Below are positions 11,175 to 24,899 of a DNA stretch of 64,000 nucleotides, one piece after another (positions within the stretch are counted from its first letter, which is position 1; each line of letters starts with the position of its first letter). The notes under the pieces were generated by a model. That model did no database searches, was not told the DNA's origin, and was given only the letters and a program-made list of their open reading frames with translations. The stretch is taken from the NCBI GenBank assembly GCA_964016885.1, contig OZ024740.1, positions 129,022,001 to 129,086,000 of the forward strand, read 5' to 3'. Both the position numbers and the translations under genes were made by a program. This stretch comes from Eledone cirrhosa (lineage: Eukaryota).

Positions 11175-13020
11175 ATACTTATCTCTCTAACAAGCAGTGC
11201 AGATGGATAATGCACCGGAGTATGTCTGGATCTTTCATGTCGCAACAAGGACCTTACAAAGCTAATACTTTCCTTAAAATGAGCGCAGTACCTAGCAAAG
11301 ACACCTTTTGTATGATACTTAGTATCTGTGTTTTTCCCATTTGTTTTATGTATTTTTGAAGTTTCAATGGGATTGACCCCTATGCTCCGGACGGAACTGG
11401 TATCACTTTCACACTGACGTCTTGCTTTCCAAAAACACTTCAATTCAGAGTACATGTTTAATTTTACTCGTAATAATCGCGTTATTTGATATGCCCACGC
11501 CAATGGTCAGGTCAGTATTTGTTGTTCTTGTTCAATCGACAATGCCTGATAGGTGATGCTCAATTACTCTCAGTTTGAAAATCATAATTCCATAATATCG
11601 TTGCTTTCCATTTCTCCTGCATTCCTTTACAAGGCATATACTTATACTAATTCTCTATGATTTATATTAATATTTACGATACAAAAAAAAAACAATGAAG
11701 ATAAAGGCAGTCTTTATCATGACAGCGCTTGTATTCTATTTGTGCAAGGCTCCGACATCCACTTAACAAGTGGGTTACATTTTCCACATTCTTTCCCACC
11801 GAACCTGTATTTCTGGTTGCCAAAAGATTTGTAGATGTTATACTTCACTGAATATCTAGCAGGAGATTGGTCTTGCTCTGCAACTATAAAGCTTCCAGCG
11901 GCTCAATTCAAATAGATTTGCTTAAGCCATGTCTACAATGTTCCTTTATCATTGATATCCGGTATATTTCTTTCTAATTAAAGATGCATTCTCATGGATA
12001 TTATGTTCGTTTCTCTTCTGCTCTTTGGTTAAACGTTTCCTTTCCAACCAATTCTAATGTATTCATAACCATATCTTTTGCTGCCTATTACAACGCCTCT
12101 TCGTCACTTTTTAGCACATATTCTGCAATCATTACCCTATCACTCATTATATAACTATTAACTCTAATGAGACACCTGTCACAATGTTTTCCCTTTGTGC
12201 ATTGTCTATTAATATTAGCTTTAGGGTTTAAAGTTTCATATAATATCATTAAACCTTTTGTCTTTCTATCGAATTTTTATATTAATTTTGCAGTACATCT
12301 GAGAGAGGAGGCACTATATCTAACCACTGTAAATGCCAAGCTATTCATTGCAATGACCAGATTTCTGTCATTCAATTTGGATTTTAAAATAAATTTTACT
12401 TTTTTTTAACATATTCATCTAAAATCTTCTTTCATTTTGTGCACAAACCATCATCTAACTCGAAGATCCGCAAATATTTATAGCCACTATCTTCTCGTTC
12501 TCTCATGTCTTCTCCTGATTTCTGTCGAAATCCAATACATGCTGCTTTTTTTCCTACTTTGCAAGTTGAAATCAGAGAATTTGGATATTGCAAATTCCAT
12601 ATCGTTGGATTGTTTTAACCAACGAGTTCATTTCATTTTCAGACATCCCAAACAGTTTCAGGTCATGCACAATCAGAAGGTGGTTTATGAATGGCTCTTT
12701 CTTTCCACATATATAGCCCATGTTTATTGTTCTGAGTGCGAGTGTTATAGGTATCAGCCGTATAACAATAGTATCAGTGAGATTGAGTTCTCTTGGAAGA
12801 TAGCCCATTTAATATCTACTTCTACTAGAAAGAACTTGATTCAGTAAAATTTGGTTTTCCACTCAGGAATATTATTCGGAGGTAACTTTGAGATGCTGTC
12901 AGCAAAACCAAACATATACATGCATTCACCAATCCAAGAATCAGGAACTATATCATATGTTTTCTTAAAGTCAATCCACTACACGTTTAGAACTCAATAT
13001 AGCGTTGACATGAATATTTT
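11175..13020 (-). mobile_element. Decayed R4/Dong-clade non-LTR retrotransposon (RT, zinc knuckle, RLE C-terminus)
   Basis: Frameshifted minus-strand motifs WIDFKKTYDIVPDSWIGEC, INHLLIVHDLKLFG, FIVAEQDQS, VENVTHLLSGCRSLAQIEYK and IQKVSLLGTALILRKVL. The 3' end abuts trinucleotide microsatellites at about 11002-11160. Confidence 0.8.
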
Positions 13021-13222
13021 GTCGAAATATATCGAAATTTGCTTTTGTGAAAAGTTGATATATTAGGAAGAAGAAAGTAAACAAATAAAACAAGGTTTAC
13101 TAGTTAATCTAATTATTTTCTACGGTTGTTTTGGACGATGTATGATAGAGAGGATATATTTGTCGAAGCTAATATTATACAAACATCTATATGTTAGTAT
13201 ATTTTTTGTATATTTTCCAATA

Positions 13223-14020
13223 GATTATTTATCTACTAAACAATGTCCAAACATTTGTTTCCAGTGTTCAGCATTATAATTAATGATATTGGGAGTTCTT
13301 TAACCTTTTCATGTGTTAATCTGTCGATTCAATAATTACATTGTTTTCACATATTTAGGAATCTGACTGGGGAATTGTATCAGTATTACTCCCACCCGTA
13401 TACTCCAAACGATTTTGTTGAGCAAATTGTAAACAAGATGAAAATAACTGGATATCAATCTAAACACATATTATTAAAATTAAATCCCAACATCTTTTAA
13501 TTATGGACAAGTGCTTCGTATTAGTGACGTCAGGCTGCTTCTAAACATTAACGCCAACTCTAACCAGTCGGCCACTGATAAATGCATTTGATGACAGAAT
13601 AGCAGTTAATGCTACACGTGGGATACAATTACCAAACTAAAAATTTAAGAGTAACGTCAATGTTTGGAAATCCTTCATAGGACTGCTGGCTGATGATAAT
13701 TCCTTCGACTGGAACTTATTGATTATGGATTGGTTATTAAGCGATGATCAGCAGATTTTGAAACAATCCTGTACCAGCATAGAAGTGGATTTGTCTATGC
13801 TAACCTGGGCGGACAGTGGTTGTTTTAATTAATGAAATGGTAAGTATTTTAACCTTTTCATATTTTAATCTGTCTATGCAATAATTACATTGTTTTCATA
13901 GTTTCGAGCCTCTGGCTGGGATGTTGTATTACAATTATAACTTTGCGTATGGTGCAAACGAATTTGTTGAACAAATTATAAACGAAAATATCAAAATCAC
14001 TGAATATCGATCTAACCATT
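13223..14020 (+). pseudogene. Probable decayed C-type-lectin-like exon(s) with a tandem partial duplication
   Basis: One frame, 13491-13829, reads ..MDKCFVLV..*..*..WKSFIGLLADDNSFDWN..MDW..QQ..KQSC..TWADSGCFN (C-type lectin FIGL, FxW, C and WxDxxC pattern) with two internal stops. Donor GTAAGT at 13840 and acceptor ttttcatAG at 13900-13901. Segments about 13300-13465 and 13850-14017 are diverged duplicates with alignable open peptides. Confidence 0.5.
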
Positions 14021-14051
14021 ATTATTATTATCATTATCGTTGTTATTATTG

Positions 14052-14350
14052 GATTGGCAGTATTGGTAGCGCGTCAGACATCATGCATAGAGTTAAGGCA
14101 CTTTATTTTCTGAGTTCAAATCCTGCGAAGGTATGTTTAACATTTTCATCATTATGGGGTCGATAAAATAAAGCGCCAGTAATGCAGTGAGGTTGATTTA
14201 ATTTAATTTTCCCTCCCAAAAAGTTGCTGGCCTTGTCCTTAAAGTAGATGCCGAGGATAACTTTGCCTTTCATCCTTACGGAGTCGATAAAATTAAGTAC
14301 CAGTAATGAACTGGTTAATTGTGGGCCTTGTGCCAATAGTAGAAACAATT
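14052..14350 (+). mobile_element. tRNA-derived SINE with an internal partial duplication
   Basis: B-box gagttcaaatcc; the core occurs twice. Confidence 0.75.
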
Positions 14351-15451
14351 ATTATTACTATTGTTATTATTAATTGTTTCTATTAATATTATTATTAAAT
14401 ATACATATACATTATATATATATATATTATCCGTTTGTATGTCTGCGCGTGTCTTGTATGGACTACATATGTATGACTACGCCTTTGCAATTGTATAAAG
14501 TTTAGTAAATATAATTCGTCATTTGATTTCCCCCTCCAATCACTCGTTTTTCCCATTCTCATTTCTTTTCATAATTTTTATGTACATCCTTATTTATGTT
14601 TTTTTACATTTTTTCTTATCAATTTTATTTGCAACGCGTCCTTTCGTTTAGACTTGTAATATTTCCGTCTCTACGGCTAATCGCTGTGAGATCTCTGTGC
14701 ACTAAATGATTATAATTTTTAGTCTTTCTTTTTAGATATATACTTGATATAACGTTGCGCCCTTATAATATATGTCTGTGTGTCTGCCTCTCTGCATTAC
14801 GTCATTATGACGCGCTCACCGCGATTCCCTCGGCCTCAGTGACCAAAGTCAGTGGAGAGGGGAAGGTAATGTTTCTGTAGCACGTCTATTCACTCTCTCT
14901 CTCCCTCTCTCCCTCCCGCTATCCCTCTCTCGTAGTCTGTCTCTTTCTTTCACTCTCACTCTCTCTCTACGCACGTGTTTCCACTGTCCAACAGACAGAC
15001 AGAGAAATTGGTGGTTATATATATATAAGTAGATTAGACCATGACTCTCCCGGAACTCATCCTCGTGGAGTGTCCCCGATAATCGTTAATGGTCAATCAT
15101 TAATCGGCAATCGTCCTCATGTATCTATAAATGGGTCCTGGGGCAACGAAAAATAAAGTGCTTGTACAGGGTGACAGAGTTAGGAATGGCATCCTGAGAC
15201 GAATAACATAACCGCTGCGCAATGGGGCGACAAAAGCTTCATTATGATGCATGTTTCTAAAGCCAAAATCTTTTTCTCAGATGTGCACGGATTCTGAGCA
15301 TTTGGGGACACATACAGCTACTTATACATATACACACTAAAATATTTAGCACACACACACACATGCAGACACAAACACACACACACACATACACACACAT
15401 GCTGATACAAACACACACACACACACACACACACATACACACACCCACCCC

Positions 15452-15535
<84 letters not shown>

Positions 15536-15550
15536 TTTATTTATATATAC

Positions 15551-15581
<31 letters not shown>

Positions 15582-15743
15582 GTAGTTATAAAAAGCACGA
15601 TGTATTATGTCTTCATTACGTTTATCGTGTAGTGACGTGCACAAGGTTCTGTATCGCTCTAGCCCGATTCAAAGGCTCGTGGTAATGATATATATATAAA
15701 CATTTATATTTGTCCGACTCTCAAGAAATTAAATACCCTTCTA

Positions 15744-15777
<34 letters not shown>

Positions 15778-16014
15778 TAGAAGGGGTATTTAATTTGTTG
15801 GAAGTCCGACAAATATAAATGTTTATAACTGATTTAGAGCACTCAACAATTTACTGGAGTAAATCTTCAATGATATTAAATAAATGGAAACTATATTTAT
15901 CATGGTGGGTATGTCTCTATTTCCATTTATTTAATATCATTGTATATATATGTATATATATATATATGTATATATTTATTAAAATCGGATTTTAGTCTTC
16001 AAATTTATTATTAT

Positions 16015-16060
<46 letters not shown>

Positions 16061-16097
16061 GTAGCAACACTAAGACACAGTTTAAGCAGAATAGGCA

Positions 16098-16188
16098 AAG
16101 TCAACCTCGGCGGGATTTGAACTCAGACCGTAAAGGGACGTAACTATGCTGGAAAGCATGGCGTCCGACTCTCTACTGATACTGCCAA
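16098..16188 (-). mobile_element. SINE 5' half
   Basis: Reverse complement of the SINE head and B-box. Confidence 0.75.
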
Positions 16189-16348
16189 AATAATATATGT
16201 TTATATACGATCATATTTTCTCAGATAGCGGGGCAACTCATGTATATATTGTATATAAAAATATAGGATCTGTATATGTGTTTTTACAAACACCCCTACA
16301 CACAAACACACACACATGCAGACAACAACCACACACACACATATATCC

Positions 16349-16568
<220 letters not shown>

Positions 16569-16620
16569 GGCGGTATATATCAATCTCGGCGAACTGCCGG
16601 ATGTAATGATTGTGTGCATT

Positions 16621-16806
16621 CGGATTGGCAGTACCGGAAGAGGGTTGGACGCCATGCTTTGCAGCATAGAGTAACGGCCTTTTACAAACTGAGTTGAAAT
16701 CCCGCCGAGGTTAACTTTGCCTTTCCTCCATACGGAGTCGATAAAATAAAGTACCAGTAATGCACTGGGATAATTGGTGGCCCAGTGTCAAATGTAGAAA
16801 CAATTG
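16621..16806 (+). mobile_element. tRNA-derived SINE copy
   Basis: Head, B-box, core and tail are present. Confidence 0.85.
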
Positions 16807-18153
16807 TTTGCTTCCTACTAACATGCAGAGTGTCACTATACATTACTTAAGTAAATGTGAACTTGATACTTTATAGACTTATAAAGAACATATTTTTCAT
16901 GGTTTCTAATGAAATAATTAGTAATCTGCATATTGCAAATACGGCTCTAATTTACAAGTACTATGTCTTAACTGAAGGTAATTATCTCCAGGTTACAACC
17001 TGAACTAAGCTTACGATAGTAGGAAAGCATTTTGTCATTGTTTATGAATGTAAAATCATGGAGTAACCGGTATTTTGCAGTGCCAAGCGTGTATTTAATT
17101 TCGAGAAGTAAGACTTAAGTTCAGTGAAAATATTTTGATTAACATACATTACAAGGATTTGCTTATTTTTCTGATTAGGAGGAAAAGCATCTTAGCTCAT
17201 ATATTACATACATATATAAATTAATGTAGATGTATGTATATTTAATGAATGACCTACCTTATACATGCCTAATAATTATAGATGTTACAAACTTGTATGT
17301 GTGTGTAAGTGGATACATGAGTATATGTAAATGTGTATATTTGTGTTGTGTGCGCGCAAATCAATGTGTTATTCGGTAAGTTTGAGCATGCATGTGACTA
17401 TGTATGTGCGTATCTGCAAGGTTCATTTTGCTTATTCATCTTTTATCATCGCTTAAGTTAAAGCTGTCATTGAAATTATTATCTGACAGTTATGTTGCAA
17501 TATCAGTTACACACCAGTTATTTAAAGGCAAATGCACATTTATTCAGTATAATTCTCCTTCCATAAACGTCATTGGAACGTGATATGGGAAGCTCATTAA
17601 TTCGTTTTCCCATCTCCTCTAACCACCCAACTAACTTTTATTTCATTAAACTAGCAGCGACATATGTAATGAAAAATAGACGAGGAGCAGAGCGTGTTTA
17701 TTAGATATTTAATTAGTTTCTTTAACCCTTATATGTGTTATGCGACATTCAGTGTATATTTATTTGGTTTTCATTCACATATTTTGTGTTCATGCCAGAG
17801 TGGTGTAATATTGATTTGTAGGAAGGCCACAAGGCCAACGGTCTTTAACTACTGATTACCTTTCAATTGACATAAATCTAAACTCTGAATTGTTGGGAGT
17901 ATAGTTGCGTCAAAACACTGTTGCGACTTTCTAAACACACACACATATATATATATATATTATCATTATTACATTCAAAGTAAAGGATGTCATGAATGAT
18001 ACAAAAGCAAACATATGTCTTGTCTCAAAAAATAGCTCACGATAGAATTCAGAGTATAAAATTGAGCCTTAATCATTTTATATATATATAGGAAATTGTT
18101 TAAAACCCCGACGGCAGAGCTCAAGCCGTTTCGACGGCTATTTCTGGACTAAA

Positions 18154-18336
18154 TTGGCAGTATCGGTAGAGGGTCGGACGCCATGCTTTGACGCATAGAG
18201 TTACGTCCCTTGCCATTCTGAGTTCAAATCCCGCCGAGGTTGACTTTGCCTTTCATCCTTACGGGGTCGATAAAATAAAGTACCAGTAATACATTGGGAT
18301 AATTGCTGGCCTTGTGCCAAAAGTAGAAACAATTAT
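18154..18336 (+). mobile_element. tRNA-derived SINE copy
   Basis: Near-consensus copy. Confidence 0.9.
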
Positions 18337-18929
18337 ATTTTTAGCGTGGTAATAAATAGCCGAACTTATCAAGAGGTAACTCCATATATGGAAAGATTGT
18401 AGTCGTCAAAAGGATTGGTCAACATTTCTTGTAAACACGATCAAATCTTTCATGGCGGTGGGTGGCTGAACTTGCCTGTAGAACAATGAGGGAGCGTTTG
18501 AGCCGGTCAAGCGTTGAAAATGAATTCTATACAGCAAATTCTAAGGATTGTGGATGAAATTAGGCTAGCTAGAAGAAGGCGAGAGAAGAATTCTGGAGGA
18601 ATCTGAGTGGGAAGTCATAAAATAAAAAAAATTAAAAAGTTAATAAATTGAAAAAAAACAAAAAAAACAATAATAAATAAGAATAATATTGAAAAATTAA
18701 ATAATAAAACATAATAAAAAAAACTAGAGTCTAAAACAGCTGCTATACTTTTAGCTGGTATTACGTTTTCGGCCAATGCTATATAGAATTTACTGGGTTT
18801 GGGGTATTGAGGCTACAAAAGCCAGGTGGGCTGCCTCAGGGTGAGCGAAAGAGGAAAAAGGAAAAGGAAGAGGAGAGGGAGTGGAAGGATGTGAGAAGAA
18901 GAGATGAAGGGAAAAAAGAAAAGAAGTAC

Positions 18930-19200
18930 ATCTACCTATGTATGCTGGGGTTTCTCCTATCTTGTTCGGCAAGTGGGGAAAAGAAGGAGCTTACTGGAAA
19001 GTAAGCTCCAGGTAAGAAGGTATGTGATGTTATTATCTTGGAGGTCCCATATGTGGGCCGAAAGAGTAGTGGCATGTCGCCGGGCCGAATTTCTGAACGT
19101 ATGTCGGTGCTGGTAGAGCCGTGTCTTAATGTCACAAGCGGTTAATCCTGTATAGGCTTTGTTGGAGTTTTCCGTCCTGACGTTGCATTGGTAGATTCAC
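18930..19200 (-). mobile_element. PLE GIY-YIG endonuclease fragment
   Basis: Minus strand reads KAYTGLTACDIKTRLYQHRHTFRNSARRHATTLSAHIWDLQDNNITYLLTWS, homologous to the 45.7-45.9 kb endonuclease. Confidence 0.7.
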
Positions 19201-19571
19201 GTTACGTTCTCGGCATCTGTTGTTGAGGGGGAAAGTAGATCTATCAGGGCAGTTAGATCTCCTTATCGGCTCTCCACTAATGTCTAGGTACTTTCTTAGA
19301 TGGGAGTTGAGTTTCTTCTTGTTTATGCCTAAAGTAGAAACAATTATAAATGTACCCTGAGCCGATGGATATGGAAACGATGGTAATATGCCTGAAACAT
19401 TTATATATAGTGTGTAACTTTGTCTTCAATCCTGCTAACATTTACGTATACTCTGCATACTATATCAGTCTTAACCCCCTGGAATACAAACTAACAATGT
19501 AACTGCATCGAGTGTTGAGACTGCAAACCAACTGTAACTATTATTGTTCATTTACATAGCACACACATATT

Positions 19572-19733
<162 letters not shown>

Positions 19734-20399
19734 TCATTAGTTAAGCAAAACAAGACCACAAATTTCACAAGGAAGACATTATTAAAAGATTGTCAACATA
19801 GTTTTAGTTTAATGTAAAGAATGTAAAGAATAATAACGATAATACTAGTAATGTTCGTTTACAATTGTTTCGCTAATCCATATAATGTTTCTGGATCAAA
19901 TGATTATAGATCATTATTGATCTGGTTCAGTTGAAGATAATTAACTTAGGTAAAATTGGAGCAGCTCATCGGAACTTCAAAATGAATATAAATTAAAGTA
20001 AAGAAAGAAGGTTACATGAATGTAATGTTCCATATATTGGTATCTCACTATGGGTACTGTGTGTATCTATTGTCTGCCATAGACGAGCAATATTCTTCTG
20101 TCGAGGCTGCATTGTGTGAGATCGGCATATGGGTAACAAGATGGCCGCCAAAGGACATATTTATCTTACTAATTAGAGCGTGGTTTCAGGGGAAGTAACT
20201 CCTCGAGAAATTATAAATTGTAGGTAGTTTATAGTTAAGAATTGCTAATGCGTTTAAATGAGAGACAATGTAAGGGAGGTAACTTATTATTATCTAAATT
20301 AGATTTAACTTGTTAGCTATAAGGAAAAGTGATGATAGATGACTATGTTGGGTCAAATATTCTGTTGGCGTAGGAATTAGCCCTTCGACGTTGACAGCT

Positions 20400-20495
20400 A
20401 ATAGATACCTCCGTTTTGTCATTAATCGGTGGAGGTCCGGATAGAGTTATATAATAGGCTTCGGTAAGACAGAGATCACAATAGTTTCTTCGTCC
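20400..20495 (-). mobile_element. PLE endonuclease C-terminal fragment
   Basis: NYCDLCLTEAYYI..IN..TE matches the CxxCxxE..LN..E tail of the other PLE copies. Confidence 0.55.
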
Positions 20496-20611
20496 ATTGA
20501 ATATATATATATATGTAAAAGTTAAACAGAATTAACAGCACAATCTGTACAGTATCTTGAAGGGATATATTAAGTTAACGCTTATACATACACACACACA
20601 CATATATATAA

Positions 20612-20678
<67 letters not shown>

Positions 20679-20758
20679 TATTCCGGGTTCAATCGAATGT
20701 AATCACATTAAGTAATTTACTCAATACATAGCAGTGTATAAAGGTTTTAATATAGAAG

Positions 20759-20809
20759 AGCTTCTACAGGACTAGAACTGTTTCATTCGTGAGAAATCAT
20801 CAGGAAGCT
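20759..20809 (-). ncRNA. Type I hammerhead ribozyme (same family as 5121-5173)
   Basis: AGCTTC-CTGATGA-tTTC-tcac-GAAt-GAAA-CAG-ttctagtc-CTG-TA-GAAGCT. The downstream tail runs to (TA)n at about 20675. Confidence 0.85.
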
Positions 20810-21618
20810 GGCTGTCCAAGTAAATGTTAGTATATATGTCTTTCCTTATCTGGTGGTTGGAGAGGGTGGGGATTGGGATAGGTGTAGGTCATTGGTTGTA
20901 GGATTTAAAGAAAGGTGATTCATTAAAAGTAAATTTTTAAAGCTATGCTATTAACAAAGCAGAAAGAATATTGTAAACAAGTTCACAATTGGAATACCAA
21001 TCCTTGTTTATCACTTAAAGTAACAATGCCTGTAATTCTTTAAGGCTAAAATGTGGGTGACAAAGGCAGAAAAGGTTCCATCAACAGATTCAAGTGTTGG
21101 GGTGAACCCGCTATAGTGAAGTTTCTCTTAATATATATTCCAGCTGTCGACAAACACATTCACAAACACGCCGACTTACACACGTACAGACACTTACAGG
21201 CACGCACACACAGGCAGGCACACACACAAAACAAACATACACAATGGTACATACACACATACAAACATACACATACATATATACATACACATATACTTAT
21301 ATATGTGTATATACATACGCACACATATACATACATATATATACACACACACGCACACATATATATATATATATATACACATATTTATATATATATATAT
21401 ATATATACACATACATATACATACATATGTACATACATACCCACATACACACATACACGCATATACATATATACATATATACATATACACATACACATAC
21501 ACATATATATATACACACCTATATACACACCTATATACACATATATATATACATACGCATACATATACATGCATACACCTACACACACACATTACCCGTC
21601 TAAATAAATATATATATA

Positions 21619-21873
21619 TTGTGAATCCCAGCCAGCACCCCCCCAACCATGAGTCAGCCAGTTTCGAGTGGTAGACCAATTCTATCCAGTGGTGAACCAA
21701 GAAACCTAAAGATATAACTATATATATGTATATTTACATACGTACACCTACACACACATATATACACACGTACACACACATATATATACATATATACAAA
21801 CACATACATATACATATACACACACATACACATATATATATATATATATATACACCCACATATACACACACAT

Positions 21874-21908
<35 letters not shown>

Positions 21909-22777
21909 TAATAACAGGAGGCGGGACTGGTGTAAATGCTTGAAAGGTTTATTATACTATGATCATTTCAATGACCGGGTTCCATATGAATCCGGTGATA
22001 TCATCAGGTATTGGAATATAACAAAGGAATATGTAAAAAACCTTGGGTCCGAAAAATCAGACACAGAGACAAAGAGGACGACTGACCAACTAGCTGCCTT
22101 CACCTCGGCCAGTCGCCCTCAAAGTGATGACAACTGAATCTACTAATGACCATCTGTTGAGAGGGCGAAGGCTTATAATGGACAACCACCTCTCCCTCAA
22201 AGAAACAGGAGAAGAAACAAAGGAAGAAAGAAGAACAAAAGGAAGAAAGACGTCAGCGTAAGGATCACACTACATTCATGCTAGAAAATACCGCGAAAAC
22301 TGCTACTCCAAAGGCATATATAATGGGTGTCTGTATGGTCTAATGTGTGAACCGAAAATTGGAACGTTAAACTTATGTTACGAGTTATAGGATGAAATTA
22401 AATTAAATAAATAAATATTAAATTGCAAAATGATAAATTGAAAAATAAATTATTAGAAAATTAAAGGTTAAGATAGAGAGATTTATTTAATGAACTTACA
22501 GAGAGAGTCTTATATGAAAAAATTAATCTCGATAAGATATCAGCATGGGATATACAGAAATATTTCGATTGTGAATCCCAGCCAGCACCCCCCCAACCAT
22601 AAGTCAGCCAGTTTCGAGTGGTAGACCAATTCTATCCAGTGGTGAACCAAGAAACCTAAAGATATAACTATATATATGTATATTTACATACGTACACCTA
22701 CACACACATATATACACACGTACACACACATATATATACATATATACAAACACATACATATACATATACACACACAT

Positions 22778-22825
<48 letters not shown>

Positions 22826-22830
22826 CCACA
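21619..22830. repeat. Direct repeat pair of about 250 bp (21619-21865 and 22569-22830)
   Basis: Near-identical ttgtgaatcccagccagcaccccccc..ccacac blocks 950 bp apart, including the degenerate microsatellite. Confidence 0.85.
21954..22011 (-). ncRNA. Minimal type I hammerhead motif
   Basis: ATAC-CTGATGA-tatc-ACCGGaTTC-atatg-GAAcCCGGT-catt-GAAA-TGATCA-TA-GTAT. Stem III is the palindrome ATGATCAT; ATA cleavage triplet. Confidence 0.7.
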
Positions 22831-22835
22831 CACAG

Positions 22836-22938
<103 letters not shown>

Positions 22939-22994
22939 ATATGAAATAATAATAATAATAATAATAATATATATTTATATATATATATAATATG

Positions 22995-23039
<45 letters not shown>

Positions 23040-23040
<1 letters not shown>

Positions 23041-24394
23041 TAAAATAACAGATTAAAGTTTAAGCAAAGAATCGCTGCTTTCACCCTTAACGGGATCTTC
23101 TGAAACAAACAAAGTCAATCTGAAAACGCAGAAGTGAATATTTCAAAAAGCCTTGCAACCGGAAGAAGACAGTAAGACGATACTTTGGTTCGTGTAAACG
23201 TTACCAGGCAAACAACGGGTAAAAACGAATATAATACGTCATTAATAGGAGCGGTGAAAAAAAATTACACGCAACAAATCCAATTTTCTGAACAACCCCT
23301 CTATTCGTCTTATTAACCCTGCGAATTCCGATTGAGGTAGACTTAGTAAAAGGATTCTTGATAGAATTATACTTGAAATTAACAGTTTGGCACTGTTGAA
23401 AAATTCTTTCGCGGAGATTGATTGGTTCAACGGCATATGCAACATGAACATTGCCGTTTTATCCAATTCGACATCAACAATTTCTACTCCTCCATCACTT
23501 TACCACTTCTCCTTAGAGCAATCAATTTCGCTAAAGCACTCACAGTGGTTAAGGATTTCGAAGTTGATGTCATCCTCAATGCCCGTAAGTCGGTGATTAA
23601 TTTCGACGACTCTATTTGGATTAAAAAATCCGATAGTACCCCATTCTACGTGAGTATGGGCGCCAGCGATTCTGCGGACGTTACTGATCTTATCGGCCTT
23701 TTCCTTCTTTTCTCTATCAAGGACGAATTCCCCAACGCGGCCGGTGGTTTGTACCGTGATGATGGTCTTTTGACCATGACTAAGTGCGGACCTCGTGCTT
23801 GCGACAGGTTCAGAAAAGAACTCACAGCCTTCTTTAAAGGCTTCAACCTCACTATATAGTTTGAGGCCAATCTCTCGGTCGTTAATTACCTCAACGTTAC
23901 CCTCAATTTATCGAATGGGTTGTATTACTCATATAGAAAGCCGAATGATACGCTTAATTACATAAGTAAGCATTCTAACCATCCTGCCAGCATAACGAAG
24001 AACCTTCTAAGAAACGTTTCGTTGAGGCTTTCCCGTTTATCTACTAACGAGCATATTTTCAACGACCATTCCACTTATTACAATGAAGCTCTTGCTCGGA
24101 GTGGATTTGTCGATAAGGTAGCATATACAGAGTACGAAAATAGACCTAGAAGAAATTGATCCCGTTGCATTTGTAGGTATAACCCACTATATAATTTGGA
24201 GGTGGCCACACCATTAGCTAAGATCTTTCTTTCCCTTATTACGAAGCATTCTCCCCCTACACATAAATATAGTATAATTTTTAATAGAAATACTATTAAA
24301 ATGTGTTACTCTACGACTCCTAACCTTGCACATACCACCACAGCTTGAGATTTAGCTAAACTACCTAGCCGTAGGAACACGTGCAACACGTGCA

Positions 24395-24399
<5 letters not shown>
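23040..24399 (+). mobile_element. Penelope-like element: inverted 5' pseudo-LTR plus decayed reverse transcriptase
   Basis: NPSIRLINPA, RFIQFDINNFYSSI (motif A), MGASDSADVTDLIG (motif B'), GLYRDDGL (motif C), YRKPNDTLNYISKHSNHP. 23040-23270 matches 45218-45455 and the reverse complement of about 46840-47075. Confidence 0.9.
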
Positions 24400-24464
<65 letters not shown>

Positions 24465-24479
24465 GACATCTTACCATTC

Positions 24480-24591
24480 TGCTCTGAGGAAACAGTGGTC
24501 ACAGCATTGGATATTTGAGTTCTGCAAGTAATTGGGAATTTGCACATAGCATAACTAGGCTGTAGTACCACCGTGGAAACACTTGTAAGCA
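24480..24591 (+). ncRNA. Type I hammerhead with extended stem II
   Basis: TGCT-CTGAGGA (24484-24490); stem II ACAGTGGT/ACCACCGT, ACAGC/GCTGT and inner TGCAAG/TTTGCA; GAAAC-ACTT-GTA-AGCA. Confidence 0.75.
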
Positions 24592-24638
24592 CACGGAATA
24601 AATTACCTTTTTATGATGTCTACCTGTTATTATTCATT

Positions 24639-24675
<37 letters not shown>

Positions 24676-24899
24676 TATATTTATATATATATATACACAC
24701 ACACACACAAACATACACATACATACACATATACGCATATACATATAAACGCACGTACACACAAACAAACGCGTACATACGAACGGCCACTCAAAGAAAT
24801 ACGTACATACATGCACTCATAAGAATACACATATACATATACACACATATACATTATAAAGATGCAGAACAATTTACATGCGGAAAAAGCAGATAGGTA

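Noticed and set aside
18154-18240. SINE head as a tRNA gene
   Set aside because: It has A/B-box-like motifs but no cloverleaf, and continues into the SINE core and tail.
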